DNA of 64,000 nucleotides, from NCBI GenBank assembly GCA_964187785.1, contig OZ076413.1:46750001-46814000 (forward strand), given 5' to 3'. A model generated the notes under the pieces. That model was not told where the DNA came from and did no database searches. It was given only the letters and a program-made list of their open reading frames with translations. The position numbers and the translations under genes are program-made. Below are positions 1 to 13,916 of the stretch, piece by piece. Position 1 is the first letter of the stretch. The number at the start of each line of letters is the position of its first letter. Source of the DNA: Amphiscolops sp. MND2022 (lineage: Eukaryota).

Positions 1-2339
1 AGTCCACTTGTTTGCAAAGCAACAGCTATTCTATTGAGACGACCTGCTTTCAGATTCCCGTTGTGATTTATCTCGCAGACCCAAAAAATCAGGTTATCAG
101 CTTTGGAGACACAACAGGGTTCTCACCATATACCTTGTGGAATCAATTAGGACTTTCAAAGAAATCGGTTACTTTGCAAGCATTTCAGAACGTGGTTGGG
201 CCTGCGTTCTTTTTGCCAGTGTTAAACCTCAATGAAAAGCACTTTGGTTTGAGCACGATGCTGCCCTGTGTGACATTTGAAACGCATGCTAGATTAGAAA
301 CTCTTGAAAATTCAAAAAAAGTCCTTCACGTTTTGGACTCTTGAACGATACAAAAGCTTGATGTTTTTCACGTGGTTGTCATTGCTTTTTACAGATTTAC
401 TATTTTTTTTCTCTTCTCATTTTGGACGCTTCAATTTTACAATTGTTCGATGGTTTTTACTTGGCTATAAGGCTTTATCACTCTTACGACATAAAAATTG
501 TATGGAGTGAGAGAATTAAGTTGAACCCCAGACTTGGAAAGCTCAATTTCAGCTCCATATTTCATTAGATTGCTTTGCTTTTTCGGGTTGCCTACGAAGT
601 ATCAATGAAAACGGGACTTTCATTGTTTGTGACAACCAATTTGAAGCGATATGGTGACACCTTCTAACAAATCAATGTCTTTGTTCGCAAAAAGACGATG
701 TTGAACGCTTTGTTTGAAACGATGTATCGCACTGGCTACTTTTTTCAAATAATTAAACCTGTTCTAATGGTCACACAATGTCTTCAACGGAAACGCATCA
801 TTAGTAAATTTAAGGTTCAGTTGAAAACTTTTTGATTGTTTCAAATTGTATGATCAACTAGTTTCGGATTACAATGTGAACCAGCACAATAAATATGTCA
901 AGAACATTTTGAAATGCACGTTCGCGAAGAACCTGGAAACTATCAACTCAACTAAATCGTCGCGGAAGCCTGAAAATCGAAACTAGAAACTAAAATTTTT
1001 GCGGACAATCAGAACCTTAAATTGGTTTATTTAATACAAAATAATATTACATAATTACGGCGGATATTCACGTATTTAAAACTATTACATAGCAATATTT
1101 ATATCTCACAGCATACAGCACTTCATGAGAAACAGATTATATTGCTTATATAGAATCTCAGCAACAAACGTGGATAAAATAATTTGCAGATTTTAACCAT
1201 TTAACGTTCAAAAGTCACAAAAGAGGGTATCACTCGCATTTCCGGGCATCCGGTAGAGATCGTGATTTCTGAAGTTCATGTTCTAAACAGCACTCAGTGT
1301 GTTTTTGAATTGATCTACAGCCCACAGCATCCAACGAGCAAGTCTTAATGTTTCATGGCGCAAAAAACTGTTTAAATTAGAGCTGAAGCAGTTTTATATT
1401 CAACAATGTCAACAATGGCCAATTCCGGTCCAATGGGTCGTTTGGACGGAATGTAATGGAATAATTGATGTGCTACGTAAGGCTTTTCGGATTCTCGCTG
1501 AAGAGCGGCACATTCAAGTGCAACAATCGTTGCGCGAACTTTGCTTTTCGCCTCGAAATTGCATCAAAAGTGTCTGCTTTGCATTAAAAATGACACTTTT
1601 TGACCATTTCCGGTCCAAGGAGATCATTTCCGGTGCATCTTCTGGTCACTTCCGGTAGAGTGAGGGACTGGTGTTTAGAAAGTACAAGGGTACCACGATG
1701 CTCATGAGCTTCAAACTTGGTCAAATGTGCACGTGTCACTTTTGCAACACAGAAAAGGGAGGCGTGACCCCTGTTTCCGGTGAGGGGGTGATAGGTGGGG
1801 GCTCAAATGATAATGTTCCTAGAAGGGCTTTGTCTAAACCGACTTTTAGTATATAGCTGTCAACGCGCTCAACCCACTCCTTCACACCGGAAATAGGCTC
1901 TGACTTCATCCAAAAAAGTCGAAAATTGCGACCGGAAGTGATAAAATGGGCATTTCCAGCGTGGGGGTGATATGAGCGAAAATTGAAAAACATCATTAGC
2001 AAGCTACTTTGACCGCCTACAAATCCATACCTCACACCTGTATCGCTAGTAACAACCCAACGCAAGCTATTAGCCTGTCAAGCAAAAAATACGCAAAAAA
2101 GGCCAATTTTGGCCCTATATGCCAACAAAAAATCAAAATTCAGAAAAACAGTTTTCGCCCATCCTGGTCATTTGTGAATACCTACTTGTATGCAAAAAAC
2201 TAGAAAAATCGTTAGGGTAGGTTTCGAGAAATTGCACGATTTACCATTGTTCCCTATATATATACACCGTTCTTTGAAAAATCGTCCGGCCGTAAAGGGG
2301 CCCTCCCCACGGCCGGAAAATGTGACCACAACAGTGTTG

Positions 2340-3665
2340 TCCACCTAGACAAAATTGGGCGCCCTGTGGCGCTATTTGGCATACGTCGTCGAAGGGCATG
2401 CCTCGGCATGCCCACAGACGGTGGGCGTTAGTGAGAGTGTGTGGCGTTGACGTTAGTGATGTTTGAGTAGAAGTAGTAAGCTAAAGAAGTGGCTTAGCTT
2501 CTGGAGACATGGTGCTATGGAAAACTTTCATCAAACACAGCTATCCGTGTGCAATATCGTGAGAAAGGTCAAATAAAAACCAATATGGGCCATTGTATCA
2601 GATCTATGGAGAGTACATTCTCATCTCCCCCAAAGGGGGAGATGGAATGTACTCAACTGTTTCGTGATATCGGACGAATAAGACGGCAACGAAATATTTC
2701 AAAATGGGTCCAAAGACATTAAATGGCGTTGCTCTACTAAGCCACGGTGATTGAACAGCTATGGGGATGATTGAACGTATTCCGATGAGGTTTTGATGAG
2801 ACATGGTTTACAAAATCTCATTTTTGAAATTAAAATCCTATACGAGGCTCACACTCAAAATGTCATAAGTCAACGTCAGATTTAGCTACAGAGTCGCTCT
2901 ATAGCTCATTTTTCTCGTTTATCTAAGTACTTTCCACATGCATTCACTTGCAATACTAGTTGTGTGAAAGTTTCTTGACTTTGGGAGGCCAGAAGTTACT
3001 TTTTACAATTTTTGCGTTTTTTTGAAAAATTTCGAAGTCCCACAACTTTTCGCCCGGGAATCCTAGAATGCTGAAACTCCGTATTTAGGGCCAAATGGGT
3101 TTGCTCGGCAGAAAATTGGGCAGGGGTTGCCTCCTATAAAGGCTCTGGGAAAAATTTTGGGCGAAAATGGCAGAGATAGACTAGTATTCGCAAAAAATGC
3201 ACCGAATATTGCGTTAATTTCTCAGTCAATTTTCATCTGATTCACCCCAAATTTCGTCCACGCACTCCTCCGACAATGCTGAGCAATATTGTTCTTACTG
3301 TGCGAATCGCTCCGGGCACTCTGGAAAAAGTTATGAGCCCTCAAAGTCGAAAAGTTGCGTTTTTTATGTCCATTGGCAACTTTTGTTGCATTTTTGACCA
3401 ACTTTTTGAAAAAATTCGGAAAAACGCTAGTAGGAAATAGTTCTTAGGATTTGATTCTAGGCCTGTATGCAAAGTTTCAGGAAAATCTAAGGGGTGGTTT
3501 TCGAGATCGTCATTTTTTGAGCGTGTTTAGGGTAGGTAGTAAAACCGGATAACAGCCACTTGGGGCCCCTCCCCCAATTGGACAGAAAAATGCAGGAAAA
3601 AAAGTTCCCGGCCACCCAGTGGAGGCAAGGAAACTAATTACCAGAGTGGGCCGGCGGCTTCTGTC
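2340..3665. repeat. Interspersed repeat, diverged paralogue of 4645-5905
   Basis: Shared colinear blocks, e.g. TATTTGGCATACGTCGTCGAAGGGCATGCCTCGGCATGCCCAC, GAGTACATTCTCATCTCCCCC, CCCACAACTTTTCGCCCGGGAAT. Confidence 0.8.
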
Positions 3666-4644
3666 GAATTATATTTTAAAATACGCTACCAGTACTGTTC
3701 ACTTTAGGTAACATCCATGGAAACGTTTTTCGTCTGTTCAACTGGGGAAAAACTCTGTTTTTCATCAGTTTAACGAATGATTACATATTTCTCATTCCAA
3801 CCACCCGGGTACTTCGTTATTTCTATCCGTTGTTCCTGCGAACTGCTTCGCATTTCTCAGGAACAACGGAGAAGTTGTTTCTTGAACTTTTTTCCGGGAC
3901 AAAACAATGGCGGGACTTCTAACAAAAGAACAATTAGTTCTGTAAAGTGGCCACTCATCGACGAAGAGGTATGTGAAAATCCTTCAAGTAGTCATCGTAA
4001 GTGCAGGGTTACGTCATTTTCATGCTCAGAATGTGAAAAAGCGTCGAAAAACGAAAAAATCTTTTTTTTGAAAAATTCGTCAATTTTAGAATTTTTGTAG
4101 AACTTTTGAAGAACTTTTTTATTTTTTATTTTTTATCCTGACCACGTGATGATGAAAGTACCTCCAAAGTACTGCTACCGCTGAAGCAAACACAATCAAT
4201 ACAAAAGTTCGGAAGTTATGACGCAATGACCGGGTTTTTCACAATTTTCCATTTATTTTTCCACTTTTATCTCCCAGCCTAGTATCAGCAGCCTAATGAT
4301 TTTTGACATGCAAACACTTTTCTTCATTTATGCCTCGCATGCAAAGTTTCAGCCAATTGTATCCACAGGCTGGTTGTACCGAGGTGTAAACATGCCGAAA
4401 ATAGGTGAAAAAACCGATCATTTGTTCATAACTTCCGACACAATGTTCCAACCATGTTTTGCCAGGGGGAAAAAGTTCTTATAATTTTGAGATCTACCTA
4501 CACACAAAGTTTCATTCAAATCGTATGGCTCAATTCCAAAATCGCTGTTTTTCTGGACCCCTCACTCTAGATAGATATCTGACAGGAGGCTCGGACTCGG
4601 GGCCCCTCCCCCACCTCGCAAATATTCTGGTAGAGTATACTCGT

Positions 4645-5905
4645 GACCACCTAGCGTGAGAGCGCGCGTCGGTAAAGGGTATTTGGCATACGTCGTCGAA
4701 GGGCATGCCTCGGCATGCCCACGGACGGTGGGCGTTGGTAACAGTATGTGGCGTTGACGTTTGTCATGTGTATGTTGTTGTATGGACCAAACGTCCATAT
4801 GTTAATACGACCACGTCAATGTAAATACGAAATTCAGTCAAAAGATCAGTAGTTACTTGCACTAGCAAAGATTTGCGTCGCAGAGAAAAAAATATGGGCT
4901 GTGGTATCTGGACTTTAGCGAGTACATTCTCATCTCCCCCGAAAGGGAGATGGAATGTACTCAACTGTTTCGTGCTCTCGGCTGAATAATACGGTGTCAA
5001 AATTTATAAAAATGGGTCAAATGGTCTTGAATGGTGCTGCTGCACTAGAAACCTGGAATTAAACCGCTCTGGGATGGACTGAACGTGTTCCGATGAGTTT
5101 TGGATAAGACTTAGCTTCGATTTTCAATTTTGAATTTTTTTCTCATATAGCAGGCTCACATTAAAATTGTCATAAGTCAACGTCAACTTAAGCTACAGAG
5201 CTGTTCTATATCTCATTTTTCTCGTCTATCCGAGTACTTTCCACATGCATCCACTTGCAATACTAGTTGTGTGGAAGTTCCTTGACTTTACGAGGCTTGA
5301 AGTTGACTTTACACAATTTGCGTTACCATAAAAACTATTCTATGTCCCACAACTTTTCGCCCGGGAATGCTATATCGCTGAAACTCCGTATTTAGGGCCA
5401 AATGGTTTTGCTGGGAGGTAAACCGGCCAGGGGAGGCCTTTAGGAGGGGTCCTGGAAAAAAATCTTGGCTAAAAACGGCAGAGATAGACTCGGTTTTCGA
5501 AAATTTTCGAAAAATTGCGGTAAAATTCCGGCTATTACTCAGTCAATTTTGATCCGATCTGAACGAAAATTTGTCTACGGACAGCTCTTGAAGTGTTCAA
5601 CAAGTCGTCAGCAAGGTAGTTTTTGCGCTGGACCCACCAGTTTCGAGTATTTGTCTTTGAAAATTTTTTTTTCGAAATAATTGAATTTTTTTGACATTAA
5701 AAACGCAACTTTGACCCAATTTTTGATTTTTCACAGCAAAACGCCAGTGGGGTTTAGTTCTTAGAACTGTTGTAGGAAGCCGTATGCAAAATTTCAGCCA
5801 AATCCAACGGCTAGTTTAGAAGTTGACCATATCCCGCACCCTCTCCGGATAGACTATTTTTGGTCATATAGGCTCGCAGCAGGACCCGTCTCCCGCGCTC
5901 GCAAA
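4645..5905. repeat. Interspersed repeat, diverged paralogue of 2340-3665
   Basis: Same blocks in the same order and orientation. Confidence 0.8.
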
Positions 5906-6206
5906 TTAGGTGGGGAGATCGCCCCGACCACCAAGACTCCATAACCGTGATTGACTTGCTTCCATTGAAATATCTACAGGGTGTTTAAAAAATTACAAAT
6001 ATTTTTCGTTTCCTTGCTGTTCGGGTCATAGTCAGCGTTTTGTGACTTACACATTTTTTGAAATTATGTATAACTTTATTTATTGAAGCTTTTTAAGAAA
6101 AATAACAGAAATTGTACGAGTCATTTTTGAAACTCTTAGGCAACCTCCTCGGTGATTAGATATATAATCATCAGAGTTTTTTTTTCATTTAAGAAATTTA
6201 ATGATT

Positions 6207-6642
6207 ACCAGAAATTTCGTCGTCGGAAATTTCGTCGTTTTTTATCGTAAGTTTCTTATACCCCCCCCAACACGAAGTAATTTCGACACTTGGAACAAAA
6301 AAATCACCCCTGGAACAGGCTTAAATGGTATAGTAAGGTATAGTAAGTCTCCGACATAAATTAAAATGAGCATTGGAATGACAAAAAAAATTAAACAATA
6401 TGAGCGCCTTGTTCACAAATATTACGATTTTGAAAATGATCATGGGGTGAAATCAACGCACAGCGGTAAATTAGTTCAGGACTGAAAAAATACCGTTGCT
6501 CGATAATACCGTCAAATGATATCTTTCCGTGAACGCTGTTAATTCGAATCAATACGACGAAATTTCTGACGACGATATTTCTGACGATGAAATTTCCGGA
6601 TTTGCTAATACGACAAAATTTCATACGACAAAATTTCCGCAT
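6207..6642. mobile_element. MITE-like remnant with GAAATTTCGTCG subterminal repeats; related fragment at about 7205-7285
   Basis: GAAATTTCGTCG repeats at the left and CGACGAAATTTC repeats at the right. No TSD resolved. Confidence 0.5.
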
Positions 6643-9600
6643 CCCGAACTTATTTCCCTTTTGTATCTTTCAGGAATCAGATGTTTAAATCTTTGGGGAA
6701 GAAAGCATCAACCTCTTAGACAAGAAGCCGCTAGAAATAGGACACCTGATTCAATGCACGAAAAGTTCAAGGATCATTAGTTACGCTGAAAAAGTCCCAT
6801 AGTAAAGACGCTTTTTTCGATTTCAAGAAATTTCTTTTATCATCACAAATTCAATCACTTCAATAGCATAATTAACTTGCATCTGAGATTTTTTCTGACA
6901 TTTACAAAGAATGAAGAAAAATAACGATTATCAAGCTTTTTCAAATCAGTTATTTTTTCTGTATAGGAAAGCGGAATTTGAATGAAAACTCAATCTTTTT
7001 CAAACCAAAGTCAGGTTTTCTCATGTTTCAACTAAAATCTGGCTTATTGGAGAAGTCGCTCGTTTCTCAAAACCAAATAATGGAGACGATGGCAACTATT
7101 CACTTTTTAGAGCTGATTTAATTGGGGAAAATGTGCCTTCCAAGCGAGTTCAGATGTTGACTTTACTGTGAAACAACCACAATGCTGCATTAATTGAACA
7201 AAAGGCGGAAATTTGGTCGTCAGAAATTTTGTCGTCAGACACTTCTTCGACGAAAATCTTGCCGTCGAAAATTTCGTCCTATTCAATAAACCTAACAAAA
7301 TCAACAGCGTTTACTAATGGATACCACTTTAATTAATTATTTAAGTATGAAAATTCGGATTTTAAAAACACGTCAACACCAACAATGAGGCAGAAAGTTG
7401 CATTGAAGTAGGAATATTTTTTGTGGCAAATACTAAGTGGTCGATCCGCCAAAAACGGTACATTTTATTTTTCTTTCAATTCAAGAATCAAATATGAGTA
7501 AACAGTTGTTTTGAAACATTAAAACGCGTATCAAAACGAAATGTGAGTCTGAAATGAGCCGTCAATCAAAAAGTTCGGAACACGTTTTTAAGCTGTCTTT
7601 GATTAAAAATCTTGGGTTTTGAACGGCAATTTACTGATTGAAGTTCGAAATACCTGCCAAATCTGTCTGATGTCCTCGGAAACGACGAGAAAAGTTCTGG
7701 TAATCAATTGAACAACGAATGGATTTATGCTGCCTAAATATTAAATAATAAGAAAATATCATTTACGAATCATCATTATTCAAAAATCGAATTTTTGTTT
7801 AGTAAAAACATTTTCCCATCAATGTTGTGTCTGCAAATGGATACCCATACACAATTCATGTCTTGTAATAAGCAAAATAGGAAATACACTATGGCACCAT
7901 TAAGATAAAGACAGATAATGGAACTGACGAAAACTTTAAAAGCGCTTTTTTCTCGGTACATGAATTTGACTAAAAGTCTCAGGTGCAAATGTTTCTCCAA
8001 TTTCATCAGAATTAAAACGATAAATTTTGTTTTGAAATTGACCGAAAATTTGAAAGGTATGAGAATATTAATTAAATTTTCAAGCCCTATATTACAGTGA
8101 AAATTACAGACTTCGCGTTTTGTAATCATTTCGCGATGTGAATTTTTAAAGAGAGCGTTTTCAGAGAAAATGTTCAAATCAATCGAAAGTAAAGATCTGA
8201 ATCACAGTTGCAAAGTTTGTCCCATACATTTTTTACGACCAGCGGTTTTCGAGATATTGCATGATGGATTCCGGAAAAATCCAAAAATCAAAAATTAACC
8301 GAGTGTTATAACTTTCATAATTCTATCTGATTTCGAAACAAAAAGTACCACTGTAATTCAATTTGACCGCTGTAATTTGAGAAATTTGTTCCTAGAACGT
8401 TTGTGCCAATTGCAATTTCGATATCATAATCATTTTGAATCGAACCGAACGTCTTCTGCTTTTTGATCCACTAGTTAGTGTACATGCTTTAATTTAAAGC
8501 GCCTGCTTATTTATCACATGATTAGACCATACTTCTACGCATATTTTGAGAAACATATATTCGCCACAGAAGATTTTACTCCAATATTTTGTTACATTTG
8601 AAATGAGAGACTATAATTAGATCTCTCTGCGTTGGAAAGTTCAATTCAGTTCAATTATGTAACGATCTACTTAGAATACAAAAAAGATTTGTATAACCGG
8701 TTTAATCTTATCAATCATGCGTATAAGTCTACATGTCAGTAACCGTACGAACATTACTGTCAGACTTTCCGCCTGGTATCTTTCACATTTTTACGAAAGA
8801 TTGCATCCTCCACTTGTTCCGGGGAATATTTTTCATCTATGCAAGCCAATCCATCGTGCCAATTACAACCTAACTAATGTCTGGCTGTCTGGATAATATT
8901 TCCAAGGCTATTGACATTGCAAAGTCAACCGCATTCACGTTAAAGATTATGTTCAAAATAATTAATCAGATTTCAAGATTAGAAAAGGCGTGGCATGTTT
9001 CAAAAGCTTTAATTTTCCAGATGATTTTATTTATAGAGCTTAAATGTTTGCAGTTAGAATGCTGCACCAATGCCATGAAAAACGACAGTAATTCGAGTAC
9101 ATTCAAATGAAGGAAAGGCATGTTCTAGAGCTATCGACTGGAACAATTTACGCAACAATATAGCCGGTTTTGCTGTAATATATTGTTATTCAAATAGCTC
9201 GATTATCCATAACTGATAGAAAAAACATCGATATTAACTTTTCCTTATAGGTATCATGCATGGCTGGCAAGCATGGAATTTACATGATCATGCATGGGAA
9301 TTCATAGAATGTCAGTCACTTTATAGATTTCAATGAAGCGTCGATTTCAGCGAGCAATTTAACTAAGGGTGATTTCATATACTGAATAAATGACGTTTGA
9401 AAGTTTTAACAAGCCCGGGACGGCCCAAATTGGCGCCCCGCTCAATGTTCAAAAAAGTAAAGTTTTTTAAGCATGCAAAAAGACTCAATTGGTAAAATTT
9501 CATAGTTTTTCAATGCCAAAAATACACGAAGGGATACGCATACCTCTCGAAAACCACTTTGTCCTCAACTGGAAACAACAAAAAACCCATTTAGAAAATC

Positions 9601-11560
9601 TGAATTTTATTTTTCGATGAAACTGTCATGGTGCCAAAAATTCTAAGCAGTCCCTTGTGCTCGCAAAACGTTTCATTTCTGGTAAAAATTGAGGCGGGGC
9701 TTCGATAAAATCAAATTAGAAAAAAACCGCATATAACCAAAAAACGCCGGTCCTAAGAAAATTGGAAAGTATTCAAAAAATAGTGGATATGTATTGAAAA
9801 CCTAATATAAGACGAAAAATGATAATTTCAAACAGTCTCATAGTGCAGAAAAAGGTGAAAGGACTTTGAGATTTTTTAACATATCCTGTTGCAGAATATT
9901 TTTGAACAAGGAGCCTTTGGAGACATTAAGAAATTTTCGAAAAAAAGTCTCACAAAGCCGAAAGGGGGAGTCATATAGTGCCGAAAAAAGTAGAAAGGGT
10001 ACCCTTCTGCTTTGTAATGGTTTTGTATTTTATGTTGGAGGATTTGGATGTGTTCTAAATCAAGTACTAAGTAAGCACTTGTGGTAAAAGTGCACAGTGC
10101 ACAAAAAGCGGCGTTGAACTGATGAAAAAAACTAGCCACTGTAAAAGTCGTGCTTTTTCTTCCAAAACTAAAAATTACCCAGAAAAAGAAAAAAATTCTC
10201 TGACAAAAAATGACTTAGTTTTTGAACCTAAACAAGTTTTTTTCAATATCATTGACGAGTATTTGTAAAGATTCGAAACCTTAAATCTCTACGATTTAGA
10301 AAACATATAGAGAAAAAATTTCCGTCGAAAAAGTAATTTAATGAAAACTGACAACTCCTTGTTTAATTGAAAGTCAATATTGCATCATACCATACGCTTT
10401 ATTATCAATTGAAATGAGTGATTTTGACAGCAGACTGTGAGCGGTCATGATATTCATCGAATTCATGTGAACAATTTTTTGTAGCACTTAGTTTTAACCA
10501 TAATTTTCGTATTCACGTTTATATTCAATTTATGATGATGTCAAAATCAGCAGGAACTCATATTCAGCCGTTTTCTGTTTTTTATTGGTAGTAAAATCAG
10601 TAGAAAGGTCATTGCGGTGGCAAAATATTTGCAATTGGTTATAAGTAATCCATTTATTCGGGTCTTTTTAATTAAATTTTCTCAAAAAGGATTTTTTCAG
10701 GCTGAATAACGGCGAATTTGGTATCTTTAATTCAATATTACGACGCCTTAAAGTTGAGAGTTGCCCTGAATGGGCGTCACCTTACCTGGATGAACAAATT
10801 TCATGTTCCCCGAAAAGGACGTTCCAAAAGAAATGGAATTTTTATTTCCTTCGTTGTGTTTCCTGCTCATAAATTTTAGATTTTGCAGAAATTATCAGCG
10901 CAAGCTATGAACTGGAATGCCGGCGACCTTTTAGTTGTTTCAATTTTGCAAGGTGGCATGGCACTAGAATGGTTGATATGTTACGTAATCCTTATGAATT
11001 TCGACTTAATTTCACTGGTCTCAGGGCATCATGTGACCTCAATAGCTCTCAAATCTGGTATTACTTAGCATCTTTACAGAAGCATTCCTTGTCAAGAGTC
11101 TGCGAGGACTATCAAGATACTACTGCAGAAATAAAGTTCCCCTTTCGCAGACTAATTATATGCAAATTACTGTCGACATGAAATAGTGAGGGGAGATTTG
11201 GCGCGTTAATCGTACATTTTCTTTCGCGCTTACATTCATGGATTCGGTCCTAACGATCTTAAACTCACTCGAAACAAGCTTGAACTGTTCATTCATGATT
11301 TTGAGAACATTTTTTAAATCCTGAGAACACATTCTTAGATATATTCTAAGGAAATGTGTGATATGATAAAACAATGAGGGATAAACTTTATCTCGTAACA
11401 TTCTATGAAAAAAATACAAAATATCTGACGCTGCACTGTTGCAAATTTTTTTTCGTCGCAACCGACTGTTAGAAATAAGAAACGGAAATTATACGGATTT
11501 AACAATTAGTTAGATTTCAGAAACTAAACTCAAATGAGGTGTTAACTAATAATAATTAAA

Positions 11561-11634
11561 TGTGTTGGGATTTTGTGTTGAGTTTTCTGTGTTGAGTTTT
11601 CTGTGTTGAGTTTTCTTGTGTTGAGTTTTCTTGT
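11561..11634 (+). repeat. 14-15-bp minisatellite (TGTGTTGAGTTTTC)n, the insertion site of the Gypsy element
   Basis: About 5 units left of the element; the unit resumes at 28095 (CTTGTGTTGAGTTTTCC). Confidence 0.85.
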
Positions 11635-13183
11635 TGTCATAACCATATTCATCGTCACTAACTTGAGAATCACCTGAATTCTCTCTGCGATGATTTGTTT
11701 GGTTATTTTTGATTGAAATTAACCTCGGAAACTCATTCTGAGCATCCTGGTACGATTTACTGGTATTTTCCGGATGCAGTCTATTTGACCGAAGGTCCTT
11801 CTGAGAATTTCCTGGGGCGGCAGTATCTTCATGCAGTCCATCTGACCGAAGGTCTAAACTTGTGTTTTTCGCTGAATTCTGTCTCCTAACAGCATTTTTG
11901 ATGCTGGGAAGCACCCTAGTGTCAATCGCAGTGTTTATAACATCCAATATCTGAGAACTTAGACTAGTTTGCATTTCCTGAAACTTCCTTGACATCTGTG
12001 ATGAAATTTCAGAACTAATAACTCTACTAGTTTCAATGGTCAAACAACTATTTTCACTTGGATTGTTATTCAGGAAGGTTTGATAGTCTTCCACATTTCG
12101 ATCCTGGCCTTCCCGTTCATCAGACCTTTGGTCTAATGTATTTTCATTATTCTCACCTCGGAATTCATTATTCTCTCTCTGATAACTTCCTAACATTACA
12201 TCTAGATTTTCTATATCAGACATTACGTCAGACTGTCTAGAACGTTTCTCTCTTGCTTTCTGCTTTCTAGTTGAAGGCATTTTCAAGAAATGGATTTGGT
12301 TTCAACAGTGAATTAATCAACAGTAACAAATTGAACAGTTTTGTATCGTAGCGTTCTCAATCAATGAATGAATCCTTTCACTACAAGTTCCGCGTATATA
12401 TAGTTTATACTGCATGACACGCAATATTTTGCGTGTCAGGAACTAAATTTAGGGTGATATCATTCTAAATATAGCCCCGGTTTCATTATTAGGTCACTAG
12501 TTCTAAAAATAGACTGGAGGTTTTGACATTACCTCAAAAAAATGAAGAGATATAAATAGCATCAAACAAACAATGGGTATCTTTACATGTATTCAAATTC
12601 AGGTTAAAAACAACCTTTCATGCATTGGTAACATCAATACTCAATGAAATTCCAAATTTGACCATGCGTCAGCATGACTGCAATGATAGACTGGTGCTTC
12701 ACTCTGATTGGTCAACAAGTACTTGCGACCACACGTCAATTTGACTGCAGTAGAGTACTAGTTAATTAACTGCTCAGAAAAGTGTCTTAAAGTACTCTTT
12801 AAACATCGTTTAACAGCAGTTGAGTTAATTTGCTAAGTGTTGCATCGTTAACTAAGTGATGTACTTTAGGTACAGACTAATTGTAAGTAATTTCATCAAT
12901 GGGAAATTCTAAAAAGTAACAAATCAATAATAGCAATTGAATAAATGTACTGATTGAATGCTGTCAGTTTGACCTTAGGTCTAAATAGTAGCATAGAAAT
13001 TATATGTTTAGCGCTAATACTTCGGTCGTTACATGTATGAAACTAATATTAAACTATCAGAATAAATGCTAAAGTTTGTTTCAGAGTTTGTTTAGATAGG
13101 TAGTACCCCGGGTGCTAGTAGTGTCTCATTACCTTCTGGCATCATTTGGTATAGGACGCCGTCACAAGCGGCAGCTTGCGACA
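11635..13183 (-). repeat. 3' LTR (1,549 bp)
   Basis: Near-identical to 26546-28094 and preceded on the minus strand by the purine tract GGGGGGAG. Confidence 0.95.
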
Positions 13184-13916
13184 CTCCCCCCGGTACAAGT
13201 ATGAACGTCCCTGCTTTCATACCTGCCTGGAATGCATCACGTCTAGCAATCCGCTGCTCATAAGTCTCTCCGGGAATGTGTGTCTGTTCAAGGTACCCCA
13301 GTGTTATTTCTTCTTTAATGTCGGCAGATGATTTCCCACAGATCACGCAACCAGTTTGGGTTGTCTCATTCGGTTGGCCACAGCTTCCACTGACGCTAAT
13401 TCCTAGGCCTGTGATGTGTGAATTGCCATACCATGAGTTTGCCGAACCATGAGGTTGCGTAGGCTGGTAGGTGTCAACTGATGGTCCTTGGTCTTCTAAC
13501 GGAGGTGACCACGGTGAGTCCCGTATTGGGTTTAGCTGGCCACAATACGTTATTGGGTGGTCATCCGCATTTGAGCCATAAGAAGTTCTTGGGGGGCCCC
13601 CTACACACCAATCGAGCAAGTCTTGTGACGGATCTGTAAAAGTGCCTACTGATCCAATTAAATCGTCATCTGGTATGTTCAGGTCATTTAAGCAATGAGC
13701 TAACTCTGTCGTCATTGCCCGACCCGCGGTGAGTTGTGGAGGGAAGGGTATATTTTCACGATAACAAGCAAGAACTTGTATATCGTCGTCAGAATCTTGA
13801 CCGTCAGGCCCATCTGCAATGGACACTGAGTCCACTTCCATTTCTTCATCGGATGACTGGTACGAAAGGCTAACTAGAGGTCTATCGTGTTCCTCCAAAA
13901 AAAATTGTAGAGACAT
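13092..13916 (-). CDS. 274-aa accessory ORF of unknown function overlapping PPT and U3
   Basis: ATG-initiated, acidic N-terminus, CVIC motif. Its last ~30 codons lie inside the 3' LTR. No obvious signal peptide or transmembrane segment. Confidence 0.6.
   Translation of the reverse strand: MSLQFFLEEHDRPLVSLSYQSSDEEMEVDSVSIADGPDGQDSDDDIQVLACYRENIPFPPQLTAGRAMTTELAHCLNDLNIPDDDLIGSVGTFTDPSQDLLDWCVGGPPRTSYGSNADDHPITYCGQLNPIRDSPWSPPLEDQGPSVDTYQPTQPHGSANSWYGNSHITGLGISVSGSCGQPNETTQTGCVICGKSSADIKEEITLGYLEQTHIPGETYEQRIARRDAFQAGMKAGTFILVPGGVSQAAACDGVLYQMMPEGNETLLAPGVLPI
13184..13191 (-). promoter_or_regulatory. Polypurine tract
   Basis: GGGGGGAG immediately 5' of the 3' LTR start TGTCGC on the minus strand. 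Confidence 0.8.

Noticed and set aside
1..900. ORFs 12-344 and 304-510 as genes
   Set aside because: Non-ATG starts and no recognisable domain; possibly decayed TE sequence that I cannot assign.
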